This document shows, one piece after another, positions 1-12,129 of a stretch of DNA of 64,000 bases. A program made the position numbers and the translations under genes. This DNA comes from the human T2T-CHM13v2.0 reference genome, Homo sapiens. The DNA is taken from NCBI RefSeq assembly GCF_009914755.1, contig NC_060926.1; one strand, given 5' to 3'. The stretch's first letter is position 1. Each line of letters begins with the position of its first letter. Under the pieces are notes generated by a model, which was given only the letters and a program-made list of their open reading frames with translations, did not search any database and was not told the DNA's origin.

Positions 1-1848
1 AAAGCTGAGACTTTTTCCTTTCAGGTCAAATTTATCTTCATGATGCTCTCTCATTAATTGTTTTCTGAACAGCCCAGATGTCTTTATTCAGGGTCTCTGG
101 ATAGTAATCTTTTCCAGAGCTAAGGGCACTTTGTGTAAAAACAACAAAAAAAGTTTATTTGGTGCTTAGCAAGATTTTATTATCAACCATAGTGTCACCC
201 TAGGGATAAAAGCATCCAAAAACGTCATCCAATGAACCTTCCTCTTTTCAAATAACACTGTTTATACATTGAATATGAACTCCTTTTTTGTCAATTATAT
301 CATTATAATCTTATGGTGATTACTAAAATTACCCACTTTTAGGGGTTCATAGCATTGGCAAGATGTGTTCAAAAATAGTGAAATTCGTCTAGTAAAAAAA
401 AAAGCAATTAAGTCAATATTGCATATAGTATGTACTCAACAAAGTCATTTCCTAATATGGGGATGTGATCATTTCTCACTGAACTTTTAAAATTAATTAT
501 CCATTATATGTTTAGACAGTACAAAGATTTAAAAAAATGAACAAGAGATGTTTTTTAAACACTGAAGTCTAAAGAGTGCAGTAGGAGGAAAACAATCGGA
601 AGCTTTTGCATTGTGCTTCTTTTCCCATTTGTAGAATTTGCTCTTTAATGAATTTTTTTTTTTTTAGCACCACGATATCTGGGTTGTTAAAAGGAGGATT
701 GCTCTATTGCTGTAGGTAGAATTGGCTAACCTATGGGACCTGAAACCAATTCTGTCATTCAGCAGGGAATTCCAGGTCACACAGTTAGAAATAGAGAGGA
801 TTTCAAAATTGATTATTGAATACCTACATTACTCGGTCTGTGTCATGTGCCAACCCTGACCTTATGCTCCAGTCTTATATCTAGGGATGAGCTCTGTTCT
901 TTAGAAGCAATCTCTCTGGGTGTTGAAATTAAAACCAAAATGATCACTTGTAAAATTCACAATATCCTTAAAGAATAAACAAGTAAGATCTTCAGCAGGA
1001 ACAAGAAATAGCCCAATTTTTGACATTTAGAAAAAAGAGAAAATTTCCACAAGGGTTTTGGTAAAAGTGTATATGATTTAACTGAGTGAAAATTATCTTC
1101 AGTAAACAAGGCAAAAAATATTTATAGAGCTGCTTCTCTAAGACATCATGCCAAAGTAAAATTCAGTTTAAGTAATTATAGTTGGAGCCAGAATTAAGTG
1201 ATTGGTGTAGTTTTCTGTTGCAATTTTCTCATGATGTAGACTAATCCATGGTTGGGTATTAGAATTAAAAGAATCTCAAATAGCAGCCTTCCTGTTTTTT
1301 TCATGTCTTTTTAAAATATTATTGAGGAGAGGGGAGTAGATGAGAGACAAGGGCAGTGAGAGTTCTTGGATATTTTAGAATTTAATGAAAATTGCGGATG
1401 CTCTCCTCAGATTATATATCTATATATACACACATATATATCCATATATAATATAATACACATATTATATACTATATCTGTACACACAACTCAATTTTTT
1501 TAAATATAATCTCAGGAAATTTAACTTCAGGAGGCCGAATAATGTCTGAAAAGCCTCCATGAAACCTCAAGGAAGCCACAAACTCAAATAGATGAACGCA
1601 AAGAATATTCCTCTGGTAATTTTATATATACCTATATTACTGTCTATCAGTTGTGACTTTTGAAGTTATGGTTTTCAGTGAGTGCCAGATTACTGTCACA
1701 AATATCTAATTTATCATGAACTCTTAATATTGTCTATTTTGGGTCACAGTCTGAATGTGAATGTGCAACCTCATGCATCAGCAGCTAACTAAGGCTGTGG
1801 GAGGCTCTAATGAAAAGAAGAAACTCCCTTTTTGGCATTACAGTTGAA

Positions 1849-1850
<2 letters not shown>

Positions 1851-1890
<40 letters not shown>
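1851..1890. repeat. (AC)20 microsatellite
   Basis: Perfect AC dinucleotide run read directly. Confidence 0.97.
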
Positions 1891-1893
<3 letters not shown>

Positions 1894-2188
1894 CCGCAAC
1901 TTATGATGGAGTTACATCCTGATAAACTCATCATAAGTTGAAAATACATTTAATACATCTATTGTAGTAGGCATCATACTTAGAGCCTAGCCTACCTTAA
2001 ACATGACCTATGGTTTCGACCTATAGTTGAATATCTCATGAAATTTTTATATACTGTAATGAACGTAAAAAAACAGAATGATTGTATGGGCACTTGAAGT
2101 ATGGTTTCTACTAAATGTGTATCACTTTCGCACCATTGTCAATAAAAAAAATTGTTAGGTTGAACCCTCTAAGTCAAGGTCTCTCTCT
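1891..2188 (+). mobile_element. MER47A-like Tigger (TcMar) DNA transposon
   Basis: GCTCCGCAACTTATGATGGAGTTACATCCTGATAAAC...GCCTAGCCTACCTTAAACATG...GGTTTCTACTAAATGTGTATCACTTTCGCACCATTG resembles the recalled MER47A consensus; a related copy lies at 46970-47247. Confidence 0.8.
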
Positions 2189-2439
2189 ATATATAGACTA
2201 TATATATATATATGAATACACACACATACATACATATATATGGAAAGAGAGAGAGAAAAAGAGACTATATATAGACTTATTGGTAATGTTTCTTATCCCT
2301 TACACATTTGAGAGAATGTCAAAGTCTTTTCACTTGCTGAGATATGCCAACTATTTATATTCAGTCTCCTCAGATTGTGGTCTACGGATATGCTTTTCTC
2401 TTTAGTAGGCTGGGAATTAGCCGGGGGTACGTAAACAGC

Positions 2440-2585
2440 CTGCAGATTAAAATCATCTAAAAAACTTTAACTAATGGGTTCTGCTCCTGGACAACCTGAT
2501 ATGATTTGTCTGGAGTGGACCCTAGACATGGGAATTGGTAAAATTCCCTAGGTGCTTTAATGTACAGCCATAGTTAACTGTCACT
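2440..2585. mobile_element. MER5-like hAT-Charlie fragment
   Basis: GATTTGTCTGGAGTGGACCCTAGACATGGGAATT...CCCTAGGTGCTTTAATGTACAGCCA resembles the MER5A/B terminal motif. Confidence 0.55.
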
Positions 2586-2789
2586 CTTATTGTCTCAAGG
2601 GTATGCCTTAACCAAAGAGGCATATAGAATCTCAAGGTTAATTTCATTAATATTAACAGTCTCCCTCAGTTTTGTTAGAATATAAAGCAGATCTTTGGTC
2701 TAAAATGTATTATTGTTGTAGGCAAATAATTTATAATGTATTTCCAGAGCCCAATCCCTAGAGATAAGAATAAAAATTGTGATATATAA

Positions 2790-3157
<368 letters not shown>

Positions 3158-3363
3158 AGCCCTCTTTAATTTTAAAACTGAAATAGGGAAGATTAAGATA
3201 AAGTTACAATTTATTAATTTGCATATATTAGTAAATTTCTTGGTCCTAATGAGCATAATAATCCAAAATTACAAAATTATTTTCAGTTAAAAGTTTCAAG
3301 AGATCTTAAATAATAGCATCAACAATTACTGAGTATTTTTTATTCAACAGAAAGTTAATGTTC

Positions 3364-3439
3364 TTTTTTTTGAGACGGAGTCTCGCTCTGTCACCCAGGC
3401 TGGAGTGCAGTGGCATGATCTCGGTTCACCGCAACCTCT
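3364..3439 (-). mobile_element. 5'-truncated Alu (3' ~75 bp)
   Basis: TTTTTTTTGAGACGGAGTCTCGCTCTGTCACCCAGGCTGGAGTGCAGTGG; flanked by direct repeat AGAAAGTTAA at 3349-3358 and 3443-3452. Confidence 0.92.
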
Positions 3440-3504
3440 AGGAGAAAGTTAAGTTGTTGTTCTAGTCAAATTGAGGGATGCCTAGTACTTTGTTGTTTCT
3501 ATAC

Positions 3505-3806
3505 CAGCCACAGCCCACAGAACACCTCTGACCTGACCCAATCTCTGTTTTAGTATGGCCCATGAACTAGGATTTTTACATTTTTAAAATGTAAAATCAA
3601 AAGAATAATATTTGATTATACACCAAAGCTATGGGAAAATCAAATCCCAATGTCTGTAAATAAAGTTTTACAGGAGCGCAGTCACGCTCACGCATTTTGC
3701 ATGACTGCTTTCACACTATGTGGTACTTGCCATAAAGAACACATGGCCCACGAAGCCTAAAGTATTTTTATTATCTGGCTCTTTACAGAAAAAGTTTGCA
3801 GATCCT
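3505..3806 (+). mobile_element. MER58B-like hAT-Charlie element
   Basis: TGTAAATAAAGTTTTA...CATGGCCCACGAAGCCTAAAGTATTTTTATTATCTGGCTCTTTACAGAAAAAGTTTGC is the MER58 3' end. Confidence 0.8.
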
Positions 3807-4756
3807 CTTATATATCCATCTTTGTTTATTCATTTCCATTTGCCAGAAATTGTTTTTATTTGCCATGGCCCTCAAATAAGTTTTGCTGAAGAATTATTTC
3901 TCTATTTTCCTTATCTTCCTTTTCTCTTCTCATTTCCTTCCCTTCACTCTTTTTGTTTGTTTCAGGAGTTGAATACTGCAGACACTAAGTATGTTAATTA
4001 TGTACCTTATTCAAAAGACAATCACGCTAATGTTTGATGTCTACCCTTTACATGTGTTCTTGGAAAATGTATATTGTTGATTACATTTTTATATTTATGT
4101 AAATGATAATTTATGGCAATGAGTTTCCCTTGGCAGTATGTTTTAAAACCCACTCTTGGTTTATTATTTCCATCTAAAAGATCATTGTTCATAATTTCTT
4201 CATAGTTCTCTCATATAAGGGATTTTTATCAATTCCGTCTCACACTGACAACCCAGATTGCTTCCAGCTCTCAGCTACATAAATAGTACTACAAGGAAAA
4301 TCCTTATACATGGTCTTTATGGATTAAAGTAAAAATGTATTTAGCTTATGTCCTTGAAGCAGATATTCTATTAATGTAGAACATATTTATACTAAATTTA
4401 TTCAGGTACCACCAAATTAGTCTCAGTAATGATAATACTCCCACTAGCAATGCATGAAAACCCATTAAGTATTTACTCTCTAGAGCTAACATGAAGAATA
4501 AGCTACATTGTTTTGTGTTGAGGTACAGTTGTATTATTTGATGGATATCTCACTTTATAGCTTTCACAAAAGTGCTGTTTTTATATATTTTTATTTCAGT
4601 CAGTGTGTGCACAGTCTATTCATTACGTGAATAAATTATCAAAATCAAACCTTCCCAATATATAAATTGAAATTGTGCTTCATTGTTTATTTTATTTTAT
4701 TCTAATTTTTATTTTTTAGGTCTTGTGCATTTATCATTACATAGTCTATTCCTGTT

Positions 4757-4893
4757 TTAAAAATAATTTTAACTTTTATTTTAAATTCAGGGGATACATG
4801 TGCAAGTTTGTTATATGGCTATATTGTGTGATGCTGAAGTTTGGGGTAGGAATGATCCCATCATCCAGGTGGTGAGCATATTATTACCCAATA
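4757..4893 (-). mobile_element. L1PA13-16-type 3' end fragment
   Basis: AACTTTTATTTTAAATTCAGGGGATACATGTGCAAGTTTGTTATATGG...GATCCCATCATCCAGGTGGTGAGCATA. Confidence 0.8.
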
Positions 4894-4924
4894 TTACCTA
4901 AGAGTTTTAAAGCTTGATAAACAA

Positions 4925-5305
4925 TGTGGCCTGCAGAGTAACGGCACCCAAAGATGTCCATGTCTTAATCCCAGGTACCTATAAACACATTATGCAACAT
5001 AGTAAAAGAAAATTAAGGTTGCAGACAAAATTAAGGTTGTTAGCTGAGTTTAAGCTACAGGTGTTAACATGGATAATCTGGATGGGCTCAATGTAGTCAC
5101 AAGCATCCTTAAATGTAGACAACGAAGCCAGAATAATTAACTTTAAAAAAGAAAATGTGACCATGGAATTGGTGTCAGAGTGTTGCGATTTAAGAAAGAT
5201 TCAATCAGCCATTGCTTGTTTTGAAGATGAAGATAGAACATCTACAAACCCAGAAATAAAATCACACCCTAAAGCTGGAAAAGGCAAGAAAATATATTAC
5301 TCCTT
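4925..5305 (+). mobile_element. MaLR LTR (MLT1E-like), 3'-truncated
   Basis: CCCAAAGATGTCCATGTCTTAATCCC...AATTAAGGTTGCAGACAAAATTAAGGTTG...AAGCTGGAAAAGGCAAG. Confidence 0.7.
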
Positions 5306-5309
5306 TCAC

Positions 5310-6263
5310 ATTTAGGAAAGACCTTGGAGGAGCCTCTTGACTAATAGAATGAATCCCTGTAACATACACAGAAGATCCATAATGGTTTGATAATGTTATG
5401 CCAGCAGAAATACTGACAACTTGTACTGAAAGGATCAGAGAAAAGATGAAATGAGAGAAGACTGCTGACTCCCAAAATTCTGTAGGCAGAAAATAAGATT
5501 AATAAAACTATTCTGCGGCAAACATGCATTACCCTTCATAACAAAAGAAGGATTTCTCAGACAACAGAGTAATGGGCCCAGAGGACAGAACCTTCGGCCC
5601 AGAAAGAGTTTTGAGTCATAGATGTTTTTTTGTTTTTGTTTTTTTAATTTTATTATTGTTATACTTTAAGTTTTAGGGTACATGAGCACAATGTGCAGGT
5701 TTGTTACATATGTATACATGTGCCATGTTGGTGTGCTGCACCCATTAACTCATCATTTAGCATTAGGTATATCTCCTAATGCTATCCCTCCCCCCTCCCC
5801 CCACCCCACAACAGTCCCCGGAGTGTGATGTTCCCCTTCCTATGTCCATATGTCATAGATGTTTTATCTAGGCTTTGAAAATCTTACAAAGTTTGCAATG
5901 CTGGATTTTAAAAATTGCTTGGGATGGTGACTTTCCTTACAGTTTCTCTGTTTTGAATAAGAATGTCTATATTCTGGTATCCAATGACAGTTACAACATT
6001 GTATTTTGGGTAGGATAAGTTATTTTCTAGTTTCACAGGTCCACAGATGGAGAGAGCTTTTTTCCCAGGATGAATCATACCAAGACTCTCATCTATACCT
6101 GATTTAGATTATTTAGATGAGGAAACTTGGGCCTTTTGAACTGATGATATTAAGATGAGATTCTGGACATAGAGTTGGTGCTATAAGGAGCGGAGATTTC
6201 TGGGATGTGGTAATTAATTTTGCATGTGAGATGAATATAAATCTTTGTCACCAGACGGCATAC
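5310..6263 (+). mobile_element. MLT1 internal (MaLR-int) remnant, interrupted by an L1PA fragment
   Basis: GATGAATCATACCAAGACTCTCATCTATACCTGATTTAGAT...TTTTGCATGTGAGATGAATATAAATCTTTG directly precedes an MLT1 LTR, as expected for the MLT1-int 3' end. Confidence 0.6.
5629..5851 (-). mobile_element. Short 5'-truncated L1PA3-like insertion with 14-bp TSD
   Basis: L1 3'UTR in reverse (TATACTTTAAGTTTTAGGGTACATG...CATTTAGCATTAGGTATATCTCC); perfect TSD GTCATAGATGTTTT at 5615-5628 and 5852-5865. Confidence 0.95.
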
Positions 6264-6755
6264 TATGATAGGCTGAATAATGGCCACCCAAAGTTTCCTT
6301 ATCCTAATTTCCAGAATCTGTGAATACATTATCTTACAAGGTAAAAGGACCTTTGCAGATATGATTAAGTTAAGGACCTTGAGATAGAAGATTATCCTGG
6401 ATTAACAGGGTTGGCCTAAGATAATCAAAAGGGTTTTTGTATGAGGGAGACAGGAGGCTCGGAGTAATAACAGGAAATGTGATGATGGAAGTAGGAGGCT
6501 GAAGTAAATTGAAGAAGGGACCATGAACCAAAGAATGCAAGTGACCTCTAGAAACTGAAAAGGGCAAGGAAATTGATTCTTTCTTCAGATCTTGAAGAAA
6601 ACAAAACAAAAGATCTCTGCTGATATCTTTATTTAAGCCCACTGAGACCTATTTTGAACTTACAACCTACAGAATTATAAAATGATGAATTGATATTTTA
6701 TATTTTTAAATTGGTGGTATTTTGTTACAGCAGTAATAGCAAACAAAAATAAACC
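6264..6755 (+). mobile_element. MaLR LTR (MLT1D-like), full length
   Basis: AGGCTGAATAATGGCC...GACCTTTGCAGATATGATTAAGTTAAGGACCTTGAGAT...TTTGTTACAGCAGTAATAGCAAAC. Confidence 0.85.
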
Positions 6756-7159
6756 AATGAAGGGGTTTGTGATTGTTTCTTTTTGGTGCTGTAAAAACTC
6801 AGATTTCCCAGAACCTCTGAATGAACAGTTAAAAATGGGTGATTATTTTGGGATATATTTATTTTTCATTGAAAAGGATTTCTAGGGTAAAATCAAATCC
6901 AAGTTCAGCTACTATAGAGCTTGTGAGTCGATATATGTTTCCAACACTTTGCTGTAAAAAGTAAGTGAAAGCTGGCAGAAATACTTTAGCATCTGGGAAA
7001 TGCTAACAATTGTGATAATCTGATAAAAGGTATAGATAGTAAATTTCTGAAGAAATGCAAACATAATTTTATCATCTTAAGAGTTCAACATCTAAAAGTG
7101 TTCCTGGCAACTGGTGGTCAAAAATATTATGGGATAAATGTGTGATTGAATCACCTGCT

Positions 7160-7535
7160 CTTTCCAGAAACATCAGCTGTTTCTAATCTTCAGGCACTTG
7201 CTCATCTTTTATTCTCTGGCAGAAAGGGCCTCCTTTCTCTACTCAACTCCTGCCTCTCCATCTTTTCACCAACCAACTTACAAACATCCTTGATATCATC
7301 TTAAATGTCATCTCTCTGGAGTCCTATTCCCTTGTGTAAACAATATTTGGTGTGTATCTTTTGTAATAATAGCAATAGTTATTGTTACTATTAACTATTC
7401 CCAGTTTATTTTCTCCAACACAAGATGATCTCCTCCCAATGAGTAAACCGCCATATTCAGGTCTGTTTCTCTAGCATCTATGCACAATGTGTGGAACTCA
7501 GAGTTAATTGAGTGCAGAGATGAATTAATAAATTA
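7160..7535 (+). mobile_element. Degraded L2 3' region
   Basis: Pyrimidine-rich L2-like body ending CTAGCATCTATGCACAATGTGTGGAACTCAGAG...GATGAATTAATA. Confidence 0.45.
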
Positions 7536-8176
7536 ATATGTGAAAGTGTGCATGAATAAACATATTAATACTTGCATCTAAGAGGGAAGCTTCTTTCTAG
7601 GTTCTTCTCCTAATTATTGTATTTCTCTGTTTACTGTCATAGCTACTTAGACGACCTAAGGACCTATTCTCCTTTGAATGTAGAATGGACTCAGATAAAA
7701 AAAAGTTAGTTCCAATACTTCCTTTGGAAAAGCTCACCTTGACTATTAAGTTATATTTTCTGATCTTAAAAAAAAAAAATAAAACCAGGTTTAGATGGGA
7801 TAATGTTTACATGCTCTTTTAGAGGTTATGTTCAAATTCTTGGTTTCTTTAAGTTGAGGCCCCTAGAACTAATCCTAGAATCATGGTTACACGTAACCTT
7901 GATGATTGGAGCTTAAACTGTTAAGTGTTCAGCACTGACACACTTAACAGAAAAGCTATCCAGTGCTGCTACCGTTTCTTGATAATACGCACTAGAAACC
8001 CCAAACTCAGATGTCTAGTAAGATTTATGTGAAATAAGACCATGATTCCTCAGCATACATCTCCTGCACTACAGTGTAATGACTCCATTCTCTGTCACAC
8101 TGTCTTTAGAGCATATAGAGTCAGAAATGCCACAAATACACCTGGATGGCCATTATTCCATTTCTAGACCCTCAGA

Positions 8177-8236
8177 TTTTCTCTTTTTCATATATCCAAG
8201 TCCCTTCTTTCTCTTTTTAATATATCCAAGTCCCTT
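8177..8236. repeat. 30-bp tandem duplication
   Basis: TTTCTCTTTTT(C/A)ATATATCCAAGTCCCTT occurs twice with a 30-bp period. Confidence 0.9.
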
Positions 8237-9259
8237 ATACTCTATTATAGATAACTGGCTCATCACATTATTATTTTGTTTAAATGCTGATATCTTACCA
8301 AAATGTATTTTAGAGCAAAATGTTATTTGTTTCTTCTGCATTTTGTTGAAAAATGAGTATTAATTTAGGAAATGTTACAATAATTTCTCAAATTATTGGG
8401 ATGATATTTTGAACTTGATAAAATATTCAAATTCTGTATTTCATATTTTTGTTCAAGCACAAAAGAAACAAAAAGATCCAGCACCTTTTGTTCATCACCA
8501 GCTTCAGGTTTAGACATTCTGGAAGATTATATGCTGTCAGTTTTTGAAATCCTGCAGCATTTAAGATAGACTGGTTACGTTTCATATATTGTTAGTTATT
8601 CTTGTTGTTGTTATTATGATCGTTCTGATGCTGAAAACACTTCAATGCACTAACACATTACTTTCACAACAATCAAATAAGGTAGGAATTTCCAATAATG
8701 TTATTTAAACACTGGTAAACACACAGCATCCACAGATTAATAATGGCCAGGTCACTGGGAGTAGTTGATAGCCAACATACTCACTGGCACATCTCAGCCG
8801 AGCATCAGCCCTGAAATACGTTTTTATTGCATGTATGAGGAAAGGAAGAAGAGCAGAAGTATTATGACTCACAGCTCCCAGTGGGGCTCTTGTTCTCCTG
8901 ATCAAAGTCCACTGCTCTTTCTACTAAATACAGCCATATAAAAATATTTGCCTTTTAAAATAAAATAATACATACTTTAAAAAAGATCAGATTTAAAAGT
9001 GTATATATGTATGTATGTATGTATAGATCATACATATATATGTGTAGTATGCATAGAGATCCATAATAAAAATGATAAAAAACAGAAAAGTTTAATGAAG
9101 TATTTTATTTAAAATTTAGAGAAAACTGATGTATTCAAATTTTATATCACTTTTAATCTTTTTATCAATTTCTACAATTGTTTACTTTTAAAATGTGAGT
9201 CAGTTTACATTTTCGTGCATTGTAATTTATGCTTATGCTTCCCTATTACTTGTTTATTA

Positions 9260-9571
9260 TGCAATAGAAATATAGTTCAAACTACAAATGTGAGCCACAT
9301 ATGTAATTGGAGAAGTTTTCCCAGCCATATATATAAAGTAAAAAGAAATTGGTAAAATCAATCTTAATAATACATTTTCTTTCATTCAATATATAAAAAT
9401 ACAATTTCCATCTAATTTATAAATTATTAAAATACTTTACATTGTTTCATCTTAGTAGGTCTTCAAAATCAAGAAGCTATGTTATACTTACATCACATCT
9501 TAATTTACACTTGCCTCATTTCAGCTGCTCAATAGCCACATGTAGCTCACGGCTACCTATTGGCAATCACA
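9260..9571. mobile_element. MER33-like hAT-Charlie element
   Basis: CAATAGAAATATA...TGTGAGCCACATATGTAATT...CATTTCAGCTGCTCAATAGCCACATGTAGCTCACGGCTACCTATTGG. Confidence 0.8.
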
Positions 9572-10096
9572 ATTACAGATGTTTAAATATTGTAATCTCA
9601 AAGATCATTGCCCCTTTGTTGTTTTTTTCTTATAGGGTTTATCATGTTAAAACACTTAGAAAACATTAAAAACATGTGTGCACTTGTCTAGAAACCTGAG
9701 ATTCTTTGGGTGAGTGACTGTTTTCATCCTGGCGCTCACATGAATTGATTTCAGAGGCAAACCTTAGACTCAAAAGCCATCTCTGGAAACTATGCACTGA
9801 TTAGAGACTCAGAGGTGTTAATCCCCAAGCTATCCATAAAAATAGACTCTTGTACTTTTTTCCTCTGAACTCACAAACAAACTAGATTGAATCATATGAT
9901 TGAAAAGTAAAACTATACTTACAAAGTAGAAAAGATCAGAATGATCAATGATGACTGTAGAGAAAAAAAATTATTAAAATCAAGAATAATACTAGAAATC
10001 AGAAATATGAATATTGGAGGCATAAAAGCTAAAAAGCACCTTATTTCTATAGGTTGAATTACAATATAGTAATGTAGAAAAAATATAATAGCTATT

Positions 10097-10996
10097 TAAT
10101 TTTTTTTATAATTTCGACTTTTATTTTAGATACAGAGTGTACATGTGCAGGTTTGTTACATGGGTATATTGTATCCAGTTCACCACTGATGGGCACCTAG
10201 GTTAAATCCACGTCTTTGCTATTGGAATAGTGCTGCAATAAATATATGAGTGCATGTGTCTTTTGGTAGAATAATTTTTTTCTTTTGAATATATACCTAG
10301 TAATGAGACTGCCGGGTCGAATAGTAGCTCTGTTTTAAGTTCTTTGAAAAATTTCCATACTGTTTTCCACAGTGGCTAAACTAATTTACATTCCCATCAA
10401 CAGTGTATAAGTGTTCTTTTTTCTCCACAACCTCACCAGCTTATGTTAATAATTGATTTTTTTAACAATAGCTATTCTGACTGGTGTGAGACGGTATCTC
10501 ATTGAGGTTTTGATTTGCATTTCTCTTATGATTAATGACGCTGAGCATTTTTTCACGGTTGTGGCAGCTTTATGTCTTCTTTTGAGGTGTCTCTTCATGT
10601 CCTTTGCCCATTTTTTAATGAGGTTATTTGTTTTTTGGTTGGTGATTTGTTTAATTCCTTATAGATTCTGGATATTAGACTTATGTCATAAGCATAGTTT
10701 GCAAATAGTTTCTCCCATTCTGTAAGTTGGTTGTTTGCTCTATTGATTATTTATTTGGTGTGCCAAAGCTCTCTAGTCTAATCAGGTCCCATTTGACAAT
10801 TTTTGTTTTTATTGCAATTGCTTTTGAAGACATAGTCAAAAATTCTTAGCCATGCCTGATGTCAAGAAGGGTATCTCCTAGATTTTCTTCTAGGACTTTT
10901 ATAGTTTGAGGTCTTACATTTCAATCTTTGATTTATGTTGAGTTAATTTTTGTATACGGTGAAAGGTAGGAGTCCAGTTTCATTCTTCCACATATG
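10097..10996 (-). mobile_element. L1PA15/16-type fragment (ORF2 3' end plus 3'UTR) with internal deletion
   Basis: T-tail, then TTTTATTTTAGATACAGAGTGTACATGTGCAGGTTTGTTACATGGGTATATTG; at ~10172 it jumps to TATCCAGTTCACCACTGATGGGCACCTAGG and continues as reverse ORF2 to TCCAGTTTCATTCTTCCACATATG. Confidence 0.88.
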
Positions 10997-12129
10997 ACAT
11001 AACAGCATGTGATTAATCTGCTTATAGTAATATCTGTTTAAGGAAAAATTTGCAAGAAATCAAAAAGAAAAAGCAGTGTCCTTTTAATGTCATAAGGAGC
11101 ATTGCTAACTAGTTCTTTCAAAGGATATTTTACCTATCTAATGAATATTCCAGAATTAATATTACATGTTAACTAACAGATTTTTCATGTTACAGATGCA
11201 AATTATCTATGTATAGTAAAATATGATAACCCTAAATATTACGGTTTTGTTCCCTGTAGGTTACTAGCAAATTTTATATATAACTCAGCAATTTTTCCTA
11301 CATTATTTATACACTTTTCAATACCTCAAATGCCCTATGGAGGAGTCTTTCCATTTTATTCATCCCTTCAAATAATAAGTATAATAAAATATTTAACATA
11401 TATTTATTTTATATTTGTATGAGGGCCAATTTTTAATTTTTCAAAAATTATACTTTAGCAAAGGCAGTGTAGTGTGTCCTACATTAAGATATGTTTTCAT
11501 CAAAATATTTAGTAGCTGAAGTGAATTTGTTATGGCTTCAAAATCTTGAAAATACATTTTACTTCTGTGGTTTCTAGTGTTTTCATTTATAGAATGAAGA
11601 GGCTGGCTTCAAAAATTAGGGGTCTCTTGTGATTTTAAGATGCCATGGCTCAGTAATTTTTGAATTCTGGACCATCCTGTACAACTAGTAGTATCTGTTT
11701 TAAGATGCTTTCTTAAAATATCATGTCTCAAAATTTGGCTGTAATAAACGCCAGTTAAGAAGGAGTCCACAGAAATAGACAGATTTGTTGTATAAAGGCC
11801 CTGCTTTGTGAAACTTGAGTTTCTAATGTTGTGGTAGAACATTTGGATGCTCTACAGCACTCTACCCACAGGCTGGAGCCCACTAATTTGCTGTTGCATG
11901 CAAAATGTCTAGCCAGATCTGGTGTTGTCTGGAAGGGGACAGGAAGATTATAAGTAGTTAAATTCCAAATAAGATAAACAATAGCATCTTCATTATAAAC
12001 ATCTGGAAAACCTGCAACCCTGTTTGTATTTTTATAACAACATATGGGAAATTTCAGAGAAAGTATTGCAGGAAAGAAATAAGATTTCAAGTCTTAAGAA
12101 ATTCAAGCTACTGATAGACTGAATACATA

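Noticed and set aside
11609-12090. Overlapping minus-strand ORFs of 77 and 111 aa
   Set aside because: No recognisable homology; lengths are compatible with chance.
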